Shown here: in pieces, positions 50,004 to 60,710 of the stretch
Position numbering within the stretch: the first letter of the stretch is position 1
Layout of the letters: every line of letters starts with the position of its first letter
Source: Folioceros fuciformis
Lineage: Eukaryota
Reading direction: 5' to 3'
DNA: 60,710 nt
NCBI GenBank assembly: GCA_049999805.1
Contig: JBNGIO010006294.1
Location: 1-60,710, forward strand
Program-made: the position numbers and the translations under genes
The notes under the pieces: generated by a model
Told to the model about the DNA's origin: nothing
What the model saw: the letters and a program-made list of their open reading frames with translations, nothing else
Database searches by the model: none

Positions 50004-51870
50004 GACCCGAATCTCATGGCCAGGAGCCCTTTCAATCAACCCGTCTGCTCAGATATTGCAACAAATGCTTCCGACTCGGCAGCGCCTTGTGAGACTGAAC
50101 TGTTGTCGATAACAAACAGCCTTCAGTTCCGGATATGATTTGGTGGATGATGCCATTACTAGGCGGAAGGCATTCGAATGCCTGCCAGTGCAAATGTTGT
50201 TCTAGCACTCCTTGCCCCAAGCGCCATTGCCGTTTTGTGAAGGGTCGGGAGAAGGAGCCGGGCGAGCCCGAACAGAATGTGGATCACGCGCCACCAACCC
50301 AAGCTGCAGCCAAAACACGGAATCTTGTCCCGAGGCGATGTGAATCTGACCAGCCTGTCAGCATCTTACTTGCGTGAAGACAAAGAGGTGAGAGACAATG
50401 GCCCGCAGAAGCTGGCAACACGGGTGATCGATTATGACATGGCTAAATCCTAAGTAGGTGCCAAGTAATATTTCGTTGAGAGAAGTGGAGTGGCTGGACA
50501 GACCAGACCGGCTGGGATATGTGGGTTTGCCACTCGCTGGTGCAACGGCCGCCCAACAAGGAGTCTCCAAATCTCATCTGCCCTTGTTTGTCTCTTCCAT
50601 CCATGTGTCTTGGGATGTGCAGTGGTAAACTAGGTTAAGCATGTCCGACAAATTTCGAGCATGCGGTACTGGTTGGGCATTGCAGAGGCACGATCATGCC
50701 GTCATCCTGCGCAGCCATCGCTGCAAGGGTTTGGGATTCTGGACCAATGCCATTTTGAGAATATTCTGTTGTCATACATGTCACCGTCTGTTTTCACCAA
50801 ATTTTTTAACAAAGGCCCGTGCATTTCCACGTCCTGCTTGCGTCAGATCACACTCGACGTCTTCAACCACCTTCGAAGAGTCGCAGCGTCGCAAGGATTT
50901 AGCCCAATGGCCCCACCATCAGACCATCGTGTTTCGGGCAGAGTCGTCGCCTACATCCACATTGTACACTGTATGTTCTCTGTGTCTAATCTTCGAAACA
51001 CGTGGACTCCAAGCGATGCCGGTTTGCTTAGAGTAAATCTTGCATTTCATCACTTCCGTTCCGATCTCACATTCACAAGGCCCAACCGGATGAGACGAGG
51101 CATTGGCAACCATAGCAACGAGCATGTACGTATAAAAGGATTAGGCAGGTAACAGGATTGGGAAAAAGTGTTATAACAAAGGCCTCGCCCTTCACTGAAA
51201 GCGTTGAGGGCCAAGACAAGTACTCGACATTAGGTCGAGTACAAATTCCACAAATACACACGTCAAGAAGTTTTCAAACCTGTTTAGCACGCTCAAATGT
51301 ATCCAGTTCGCCAAATGAAGCACAGGCTTCTGTTTGAAAAGCGTCCACAGCTATGTTTCTCCGCATAGAACTCTGAGCTCCATCACAAAGCTCCTTCCTG
51401 TCCTCCTCATGGAACTTGGGCTCCGCACTGCTTCCTCATCTTGGTCAAGGCAGACTGTTCATTCTTCAAGATAATCTGCCAACCCGCGTCTATAGTATAC
51501 CATCCCAAAGCTATATCACATTTCGATTTTGCAGGCTGCTGGACACCATTCCACAAAACTCCATGGTTGTCCTTATACTGAAATACATGAAGGGGTTAAG
51601 GGCCCAAATGATCCTCAGCTTGTACACTCGTCGACCTCATGTCCGGACGATGTACCACATATCCAACTGATTGATATCCTTTCCTTTCCAAGGTGGTTTC
51701 AGTTCAGCTTGGTCACCTTGGTGTGGCCTGTGCTCCTTTGCAGCGCAGGCCACCTGATGTGCCATGAAACTCTGCAACTCCACTTGGCGGACTAGAGGCC
51801 CATAGTGTTGAGCATGAGCATCCCTCCTTGTAGGATACTTGGTCATGCCCAGCAATGTCAGCGGTGGAGA

Positions 51871-53678
51871 TTAGGGGCTTTGAACTTTGAACTGCAAGTA
51901 CTGTGTCTCGTCCAAAACTGTGCTTCCCAGCCTTGTTGGTGGCCAGTACCTGACTACAGACCTCCCTAGAATATTCTTCACAGGAAGTGGACCCCTGCCA
52001 GGAAGTAACAGACTCAGTGCTTTTGTTGGTTACACCACAAGAAGAAAAAAACCATCACTGCAGAGCGAGTCCCACCAGACATGTGAGTCATAACTGTTGT
52101 TGCGGTTGTCACCCATCACGAACACGTAGCCACTGGGCACACTCTGCCACACCCTTGTTCAGGTTAGCACAGCATTGAGCTTAGCCTGGCTCGAAATTAG
52201 AAAGGGAGGAAGGCATCTTAGTCTAACCACGGGCCTCATGTTGTATGCTGGAGGCTCTGCAATGAAATCCTCCGTTTTGACAACTCCGTTCACCACAAGC
52301 TTTCCATCGTTCACCTGTTATTCACACCAAATAAATATTATTCTTCAAATCCAAGCAGAAGTGCTTTCCATCGTTCACCTGTTATTCACACCAAATAAAT
52401 ATTATTCTTCAAATCCAAGCAGAAGTGCTTGTTGAGCTCTCCGCGTGATGGGGCATACCTCCACCAGGTCCCCAGCTTTAGCAACAACTCTTTTGATGAA
52501 GACCTCACTTGCACTGTACCCTCTTGACTGAACAACAAAAATTTCGTCAGATGCCTAGAGCATAGCAAGCAGTTATAGCAGAAATCAGCTACGAATATCA
52601 CTTTCCACCTGTAGAACTTCGGGGGCCCTGAAAATGACGATATCATTGATGCTAGGACTTTTGAAATAATAGGACACCTGAGGCACAGAGAATGAAGTCA
52701 GTCTCAGCAGAAACTTAAGCCCCGATGTCAGTTAGTTGCCTACCACAAGCTGGAATTGACAAGTTGTCGACTGAAGCTAACCTTTTCCGCAATTATGCGG
52801 TCACCAACATCAAATGTAGGATACATCGAGAGGGAAGGAATGAAGCGAGGCTCAGCAATAAACCATCTGAAGCAGAGAGAAATTGCAAAGACTGCCAATA
52901 CTGTCTTTCCATCTTCTGCAGTGAAACTCATCCAGTCAGGCAACCAACTTATCTTCTGGCCACCTGCTTTAGAGTCCGCTCCTGCCACCTCTCCACCTTG
53001 CTTCTGAGAGATGGTAACATTCTGTGTCATTCCACTACCACCACCATCACCACCTCCACCATCACCACCACCACCACCGTCCACTCCCCTGCTGTCATCT
53101 CCAGAAAGAGCACTGCAAACCATAAAATGCCTAGACTGTTTGGAGTACCATGGAGCTTGAATGAACTCATGGCAAGGCAGCCACTTGGTAAAACTAGAGG
53201 CCAAGTAGCCTGGCATCTCAGCAACCTGAAACCTCAAGAGCAGAGTATCAGACCTGGAGATCCCAGGACAACCCGACCGAACTCTCCTTCCTTGACGAGA
53301 AGTTTTATGACTTGGCACGAATGTAGAGCGTGAGAAATTCAAGGAACCGCTGCATAGGAAGCCCTTGCGTAAAGAACGTGCCCGAAGAGAGTCAGCTTCC
53401 GCAGGAGCTACACAGGGACGGGGTGAACAAAGAGAGTCTTCTGCGAGTTTTTCCTTTGTAGATCTGCCTAAAGCACTGCAACCTGCAATCCCGTGTAGAA
53501 CCGGTCCCGTTCGACACTTGACAGGAAACTGGAACAGTAGTCTCCTGCCACTGACCAGCTTGAGAGCAATGTCTTCCCTGAAAGCACTTTCCCTGGAGTA
53601 GTCTCCAAGAGCAAAACCAGGTACTGAATTCTTCACAGGCAGCAGCGCAAGTGGACTCATGATCACAAAGGTACCCAT
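51871..53678 (-). CDS. Plastid type I signal peptidase (thylakoidal processing peptidase, Plsp1-like; multi-exon)
   Basis: Exons give [62 protein letters not shown] and [19 protein letters not shown]. The start codon is uncertain. Confidence 0.9.
52299..52430. repeat. Perfect 64-bp tandem duplication spanning an intron-exon junction
   Basis: gctttccatcgttcacctg...ccaagcagaagt at 52299 and 52363, followed by gctt microhomology. Confidence 0.95.
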
Positions 53679-54756
53679 GTTGACAAGTTTCTGCAACAGT
53701 CTCCACAAGGAGTGCAGTGTAGACAACAAAGAGTCTACCCACACAAAGCCGCAGAATTTGATTACGACATCTTGACAGCAAGCGTGTAACCTCTGTGGGC
53801 AGCGAGGAATGAGTCTGTCGAATCAAACAGACGTGCGGGCCAGAAAGCAAGCAAAGAATGGAGACTTCTATGTGTGCCCGGGTTGTGAGGTCCGGAGTTG
53901 CTGACAGTCAAGGGGTAGCAACAAGGACAAGCCGGATCTACCTTGGAATCAGCAAGACAAGGCAGAGCTCGCAGACACGTTAGCGAAGAGCAGTATGGCA
54001 ACAAAGACAGAGACGAGATAAGGGGGAGCAAGGTTATATGACAAATGTGCGGTGCCGGCTGCCCGCGAGCACCGCAAATCTTCAAAGCTTCCGCAACGGA
54101 TTGGGACACTCATTTGCCCAAGCTGGGAACGGGTTCGGCAGCCTGGGAGCCCTGTTCAAAAAGTCGGACTCCCAAGCTCCACACGTCCCGCAGTTGCCCG
54201 AGATGGCCTTGCTGCCGAGACGAGCAACTTCTGAAAGCTGGACCTATCGTCGAAACGGACAATAAGGATACGGTAGAGAGGTGAACAACACCAAATTAAG
54301 GGAAAAGATTTTACTGGCTGTCACGTCGGACATGCAGGGAAAGGTTGTTTTTCATTTTCTCCAGCGCTCCCGTGTCGATAACTTCTCAGATCGGGATCCT
54401 CGAAGGGTTAGTTAGCTTTTACTTTACACAACATGCAGTCTGTACTCAACCAGTTTTTAACTCCCGCCGGAGAGTTCGAACCCAGGAGAGATCTTCACTC
54501 GGCCGAGAGACGCGTGTTACTCGGCATGATGCTTTCAGATCTTCAGAGACGACGAGGCACCATGCCTACTCTTTTCTGACAGAGAGCAAAAATGTGGAGG
54601 CTGTAACCCTCGCATGAGTCATGACCACAGCCGAAGGAGACTTCCCCTGTCAAGGAGTGAGAGACTTCTCTACAAGTTTACTCAAATCACAGCTAAAATG
54701 CCTATCTAAATCCGCACCGAAACAATTGGAACAAACAAACTGAACCGGGCGACCAA

Positions 54757-57070
54757 CTAGCTAGAAGCCACAACTTTGTTCATCGCTTGCTGGACTGCTC
54801 GGGCGTATGTGTTATACTGGTAAGTCAGTGTAGCCTCCAACAAATCAGGCAGTGAAGTAGTTGGCTCCCAACCTGCAGCAGATATTACGGGATCAGCGGG
54901 CAGACCTTCGCAGAGTCATACGCTGACACAAATCAATAGTCTCGATTGTATACCGAGTTGTCGTTTTATGATTGTCATGTCTGGAATGCGTTTGTCACTG
55001 TCATCATAACCCTCACCATAAAAGTCCTTGGAGCTAACGTCCAAGGTAGGTACCTCCGGCTCTGGCTGCTTGCTTACTTTGCAGTAGATCTGTAATTGAA
55101 CAGAATTAGCCTGTTCCATTCACCCCTCGACTCCACAGGACTGGACAGAGGATCGTCAAGGAGGTACCTTTGTCATAAGGTTGGCGAGCTCCCTCACAGT
55201 TGCTTCGTTATCAGGGTTGCCCACGTTGAAAATGTGACCGTTTGCTTCCTCTGGATTCTCCTGGAAACTCGCAAAATTCAGATAAGTATATGCACAGCTG
55301 AATACTTGGCATTTATCAGGAAAGTATGGCAAGTGACACCAAACTAGTTGCTGAAGGAAAGGGTAGTATGACTAGTCTCACAATGATACGCAAGACAGCT
55401 TCAATAGCATCCTTGATGTACACAAATGTACGCTGCGACTTTCCCCCATCGACTAGCCTCAAAGGCTCTCCTCGCATCAAGTTCTGGACAAGGTAAATTT
55501 GGTTAGAAACAGGCACAAACAGCATATATGAGATACAGGACTCACTAGGCAGGTAAAGGCTGCTAAGGAGATTACAGTGCTGAAGCATGCTAGAACTCGT
55601 GGCACGCCTTCACTTGGCCCATCCACGCCCGGGATGAAGTCCATTCGGGGGCCAATCCAATTGAATGGTCTAACTATTGTAAACTTCAGATCATTTTCAG
55701 CACCCTCCGCTGCAAAACTCAAGTGTTCAAACCACAACTGGTCAGTGGCTCCACACGAAGTCCTTCAGAGGCAGATAACACTGATCACAGAAGATAGCAA
55801 CTCATACCGTAAATCACACGTTCAATCAACTGTTTTGCACAAGCATAAGACCAGCGTTGCTTTTCAATTGGGCCAAAGATGCAAGGAGATGCATCTTCCT
55901 TAAGGAGATAAAACCTTTCATCCTGTTGGAGACCAAAATGCCACGCTCAGCCACTGTGCTGATACCAGCTGGAAAGCAAATAAGTAAAGTGCTGACTTTG
56001 TCAGAAGCTTCATACACACAACACCGACAGCAAAAAGCGCCTTGATGTAGTAAGGGCTGCCACTCGACCCTCTGATAGATAGCCAGAGAATCCAACATAC
56101 ATGAGAGTAGACGGGACCGTTTGTCGTAGTCCACTGTGCTTTACCTTACGTAAGGGGCTGTCTTCTGGGAGAAAGCTCCCGATAGTCTTGCCATACACCT
56201 CACACGTTGAAAAATGGATCAAACGCTTCCTGTTATCAGTACAATGTCGGACCTGCCCCAATGCACAGAAGCAGGAGTCAGAACACGTGACTCTTGCCCC
56301 TGCAGACAGCTAAAACTGGCAACAACCCCGATTCCGGATACTCCATCTCCTGGGAAAAGAAAAGTTGCAGGGGCGACATTGTCCAAAGCAACGCCAGAGA
56401 AAAGTTCTAAAGGTCTTACCACTGGCAAGGCATCGTTGAAATTGCTGTAGATGGTATCAATAGGTCGAGTATTGTAGTCTGCTGGCGTGCAAATTGCAGC
56501 CAAGTTAACAGTCTGAAGCACAAGGCTATTCAGTAAGTAGTACGAAGCACACACTCGCAAACCCAGCGCAGCACCGTCAGAGTAGCAACCACATCACGGC
56601 CATGCAGGTCGAACATTCAAGACCACTGTGCTGGCGCCTCGAAGTCATGCTAAACATATCCAACAAGCCAGATCGCGGTCCAAGCAGCCTCGCACTCTCG
56701 GCGGCAAAACACACCCCTCAATTGCTCACTGGAACAGCAACACACGGCTACAGCTACACAGTAGATGAGGTTTCAAGCTCGTGAAAGAGAAATGAAGGAT
56801 TCTGACCACATCCGCCCTCTTCACGAGCCCCTCCAAACGAGGATCCTGCTTGATGTTGAGCTTGTAAAATTCAATACGTGTAGTCCATGGTTTGGAAGGA
56901 TCAAGCAGATGCTGAATCTTGTCGCTGTAGACATCGATAGCTATTACGTGGTGCTCTGTCTCCGACATAAGCCTCTCACAAAGGTGAGATCCAATAAAGC
57001 CTCCGGCACCAATGATGCACAGCTTCAGAGGCTTGATCTGCCGGCCCTGAAGATCAACTCGAGCGGCCAT
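54757..57070 (-). CDS. AXS: UDP-D-apiose/UDP-D-xylose synthase (multi-exon)
   Basis: Exons give MAARVDLQGRQIKPLKLCIIGAGGFIGSHLCE, NLAAICTPADYNTRP, LIHFSTCEVYGKT, RPFNWIGPRMDFIPGVDGPSEGVPRVLACF and FYGEGYDDSDKRIPDM. Confidence 0.96.
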
Positions 57071-58539
57071 GCCTGCTGCGCGAAAACTAAGCTGAAATTG
57101 AGACGGGGAAAGGAGAAATTGGCAAATGCGCGGCAAATTTTGGCGAGAAGAAAAGCAGTAGCTGCCTAGAAGGCAATGCGACGTCCGGACGACGAAAGCA
57201 CCCAGTCCGGCTTTAGAGTAAACGGAACAAAAAACCCGGACCCTTCGTACGGGAGAACCCACAACAGAAGCGCCGCGAGCGGGCGCGGGCGATTCGACAA
57301 CAAAAAGGCAGCACAGCGATGGCTAACCTCCGGCTGCGCGGTGCAGAAGAGAGAATTGAGCAACAGCGCAAATTGACGCCGAGCACTGACTGACTGACTG
57401 ACTCCAATGCTATCCCGCACAAAGCACAAGACGCAGCGAGGAAGACATGAGTAGAGAAGCAATGCAGCAGGTGAAGGGCAAAGGCAAACGGCGCAGGACA
57501 GAGTTGACGAGGAGGGACAGGCGGATGCCAGCCGTTCCAACGAGTTGCAGGACGCCGCAAGGCAGAGGAGCGGCAGCTGCGCTCCCTCGAAGTCAATGCG
57601 CAGAGGGCGAATGCAGGGCAGGAATGGCAGCGGCAACCGCAACGGCAGGCCACGAGCAGACTCTCGGGGCGGCGAAAGGGGCAGGCCTCGAACACGGAAA
57701 GCTCCAGGTCACAGCTGCCGCTGCGGCAGCCATACCTTATGCTGCTTCCGGAGTGCCAAGCGACGTCAAGCGTGGCTGGCACACCGCAAGCTACACAGTG
57801 AGAGGAGAGAGAGTGAGGCCAGGCTAGAGCACGAGACGGCCGAACACGCCACTACATGTACCTACATACCCATGCTAAACCATCTCGCATTAAACGCTAT
57901 CGGAATTCACGGGAATAGTCTCGCTTCTTCCCGCCCTCGGGTCTCTTTTTTGAGGCGTTTCATATTATTGGAAAAAATAAAAGTCTCATTTACTTCAAAA
58001 TGTGATGATATGAAATAATAAAAATTCTATTTATCACTAGTACGGAAAAAATCACTTGATCGCTTCCAATTTAACTTAGAAGTATAGAATCTTGTATTTT
58101 GCACACAAGGACCACATAGCCTTGATTTTTTTAGGCATATGTACCTACTTTTGAAAGCTTCATTCGCATCCAAGACAACAAAAACCGTATTATGTCAAAA
58201 TACCATATTATATCAAAATATTTTAAGATTATTTATTTTAAGGTGGAAAAAAAGTTTCAAACCCCAAATCTAAAATTATTGGAAACAACTTCAGACATGA
58301 AGCATTTCTAATAAAAGAAGATAATTTTTATTTATTTACAGTGTGCCATATCCATGGATGAGTAGTGTGATTTTGAAGGAATTACAATAGTCAAAATTGT
58401 GAATTACACATTACCTTAATCAAAATTATTAGCTACACCATAAGATCCTAGACCTTGATGAAGGCAAGGAGCTCACGCAAAAGGCAAGGGAGCATGATAG
58501 TAGATAAATTTCTTTTCCTTCATCTTCCCATAGGCTTCA

Positions 58540-58740
58540 TTGAAAGTAGGAGACATTAAGAAAGGCTAGAATGATTGAAGATGCTTTCTCATTCTCATGA
58601 ATATGCAAACATATTTGTTTCTGCACATTATGCAATGCCACTTAATGCTCAACACAAGTACATCTGGAGCATCCATTTCAACTCCAAACACTCTCTTCTT
58701 TGCTAGTTTAGGTAAGGCTATTCAATGGCAAAGGCTGCAC
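58540..58740 (-). mobile_element. Possible BED zinc-finger (hAT-like transposase) remnant
   Basis: Minus-strand IKWHCIMCRNKYVCIFMRMRKHL, flanked by stops. Confidence 0.35.
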
Positions 58741-58744
58741 TTGT

Positions 58745-59085
58745 AGCTGAACAACAAGATCTCTATGATTCATACTACAAGCCCTTGATCTCCATGATTG
58801 ATACTAGAAACCCTTGATTTGGCATTGAATTGTGAACTGTAATGTGAGGGAATGGACACCAAACTGTAGACCATTATGTGAGAGGATAGCTTAGAAGAGC
58901 TGAACAACAAGACCTCTATGATTCATACTACAAACCTTTGACCTCCATGATTGATACTAGAAACCCTTGATTTCGCACTGAATTGTGAACCGTAATGTGA
59001 GGGAATGGATTGAAAGAACCAAAACCTTAATTTTGCACCAAACTGTAGACCACAATGTGAGGGGATAGCGTGGAAGAGCTAACCT
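58745..59085. repeat. ~153-bp imperfect tandem duplication
   Basis: agctgaacaacaaga(t/c)ctctatgattcatactacaa...gtaatgtgagggaatgga occurs twice, and caccaaactgtagacca..atgtgag occurs twice. Shorter agctaacct motifs recur to ~59420. Confidence 0.85.
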
Positions 59086-60237
59086 TGACATATATGAAAT
59101 GTTCAAATAAGTAGTTGAGTACAGCAATACACATCCTTCATGAATAGCTTTGAACAGCTAATCCCAACACCTGTGAAATGCTCAAAGAAGCAGTAGTAGT
59201 AGCACACAATGTTGCGCAGTTTCAGGGAAGGGAATTGCTTGGAGGAGCTAACCTAAACGCTTGAGTTGAGGACGCTGATACAAATCTTTGCATTAGCTTA
59301 GATACAAATCTTTGGATTAGCTTAGAAGAGCTAACCTCAACATATATGAAATGCTCAAAGATGAAGTAGTAGCAAACAACGATACACAACCTTCCTGGAA
59401 TTGCTTGGAAGAGCTAACCTAGATGAGTGAATTATGCTCACAAGAGAAGTGGCAGAGGACAATAAAACATAATCTTGACCTAATAACATGACCACATTGT
59501 GTACATCTTCCATTGCTTCCAAGGCCGGAGGATGAGAGCAAGGCTCTCCATAGAATTGCTTTGTAACATTAGATGTCTCAAAGTCTTGCAGCTTGCAATG
59601 AAGATGATCATCCGCATACATTGAAGTGGTGGCGTTCTCTTGGCTCTTTCAGACAAAGGCGCTCTATGCTGCATGGACTGAAATCTTTCATCTTTTTACT
59701 ATTATTTTATAAAATAATAAATAATTATATACACTCGAGAGGGAAAAAGAGTCATACCGAGGAGGTAGAGTAGGTAGCTTACGTGATAAATCTCGAGAGC
59801 GTATGTACATGTATGCAATAGATATGTTGGTGCATGGAAGCGAAGGTGTGCGTGAACAGAAGAGGAAAGGAGAGAGAAAGAAAGCGGGCCGCGCCCCATC
59901 CTTTTATTCGTCGACTACAATACGCAACTCGCTCTTTTCTTCTGCGACCTCCGCCTCTTCCTCCGCCTTCTCATCTGCACCTGCCTGCTGCCTGCAGCCT
60001 GGTCTTTTGTGACTGCTGCGGTTTGCGCTCTCCTGTGCCCTGGCCGTGCTGGCGTCCATGGCGGTAGGGCACCACCGCCGCTTGCCGTGTGCCGTCAAAC
60101 AGCTCTGCGGGTTCGCTTCTGCGCTCTGAGGGTGGCCTCCAATTCATCGCTGCAACTCGTTCGGAATTGGCCTGCCCCTGGGGATCCCCACGGAATCCCT
60201 CAACAATTGTCCGTGAGTCTGAGGCCACGCTGCCACC

Positions 60238-60710
60238 ATGTCGTCACCAAGCAAGCGGCGGGAGATGGATGTCATGAAATTGTGAGTTATGGGGCTTTTA
60301 AGGTTGAAGTTTGCACTGTCACAACAAACTGGCTCTGCCTTCCTGCTCCCGGCACGCTTGCTGCTCCTAATTGCCGCACTTGGGGCCTGGGAGCGGCTGC
60401 TTGGTTGCTTGCAGCTCTCGTGTGTGTTGTTGGATGCGTGGCTGCCTTCTCAGGGCGCTCGTCCATGTGGCAGGATGATGAGCGACTATAAGGTGGAGAT
60501 GGTGAATGATGGCATGAGTGAATTCTACGTCGAGTTCCATGGCCCACGCGACAGTACGTTGCTTTTAACTCTTTAAAGACTTTGTGGCCGGAATGGATAT
60601 GTGAAACCCTCGAGGGACGCTGTTCTGACTCGTGTTTTCTGTTGTTCCTGTTTTATTTGTGAGCGAGCGTCCGTTTCTGCCCTGTTTGTTGTTGCTGAAC
60701 ATCTGGTGGG
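60238..60710 (+). CDS. Ubiquitin-conjugating enzyme E2, UBC4/5/6 (UBE2H/Ubc8-like), 5' part only
   Basis: [15 protein letters not shown] | [26 protein letters not shown]; the gene continues beyond the window. Confidence 0.92.

Noticed and set aside
50641-51152. 131-163 aa ORFs between the LRR-RLK and the signal peptidase
   Set aside because: No recognisable motifs or coding signature.
57166-58018. Overlapping ORFs upstream of AXS
   Set aside because: Best explained as the GC-rich 5'UTR, leader intron and promoter of AXS.

Overview
Eukaryotic (land-plant) nuclear DNA, gene-dense with short introns. Most likely a hornwort (Anthoceros-like), judged from PLS-class PPR genes whose deaminase domains are KP-type and end in DRH/GRP. 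Apparently intact genes: three PLS-PPR DYW:KP genes (one DRH, a tandem GRP pair), one PLS-PPR of the WW type truncated after E/E+, plastid HflX, SCO4-like CAAX/CPBP protease (spans a 100-N gap), galactokinase, organellar MDAR, ASF1, PPD5, an LRR-RLK, AXS and the 5' end of a UBC4/5/6-type E2. Two genes carry lesions: PHYHD1-like (in-frame TAG) and a thylakoid signal peptidase (duplicated splice acceptor). Interspersed debris includes a QPT/NadC pseudogene, an inverted partial HflX pseudocopy, three PPR fragments, a Copia remnant, a possible BED-finger remnant and several tandem repeats. The most notable observation is that the candidate U-to-C editing PPRs carry an N-terminal OSB-type PDF ssDNA-binding module fused to the PPR array and DYW:KP domain. 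Exon boundaries and homologies were read by eye, so coordinates are approximate where stated.
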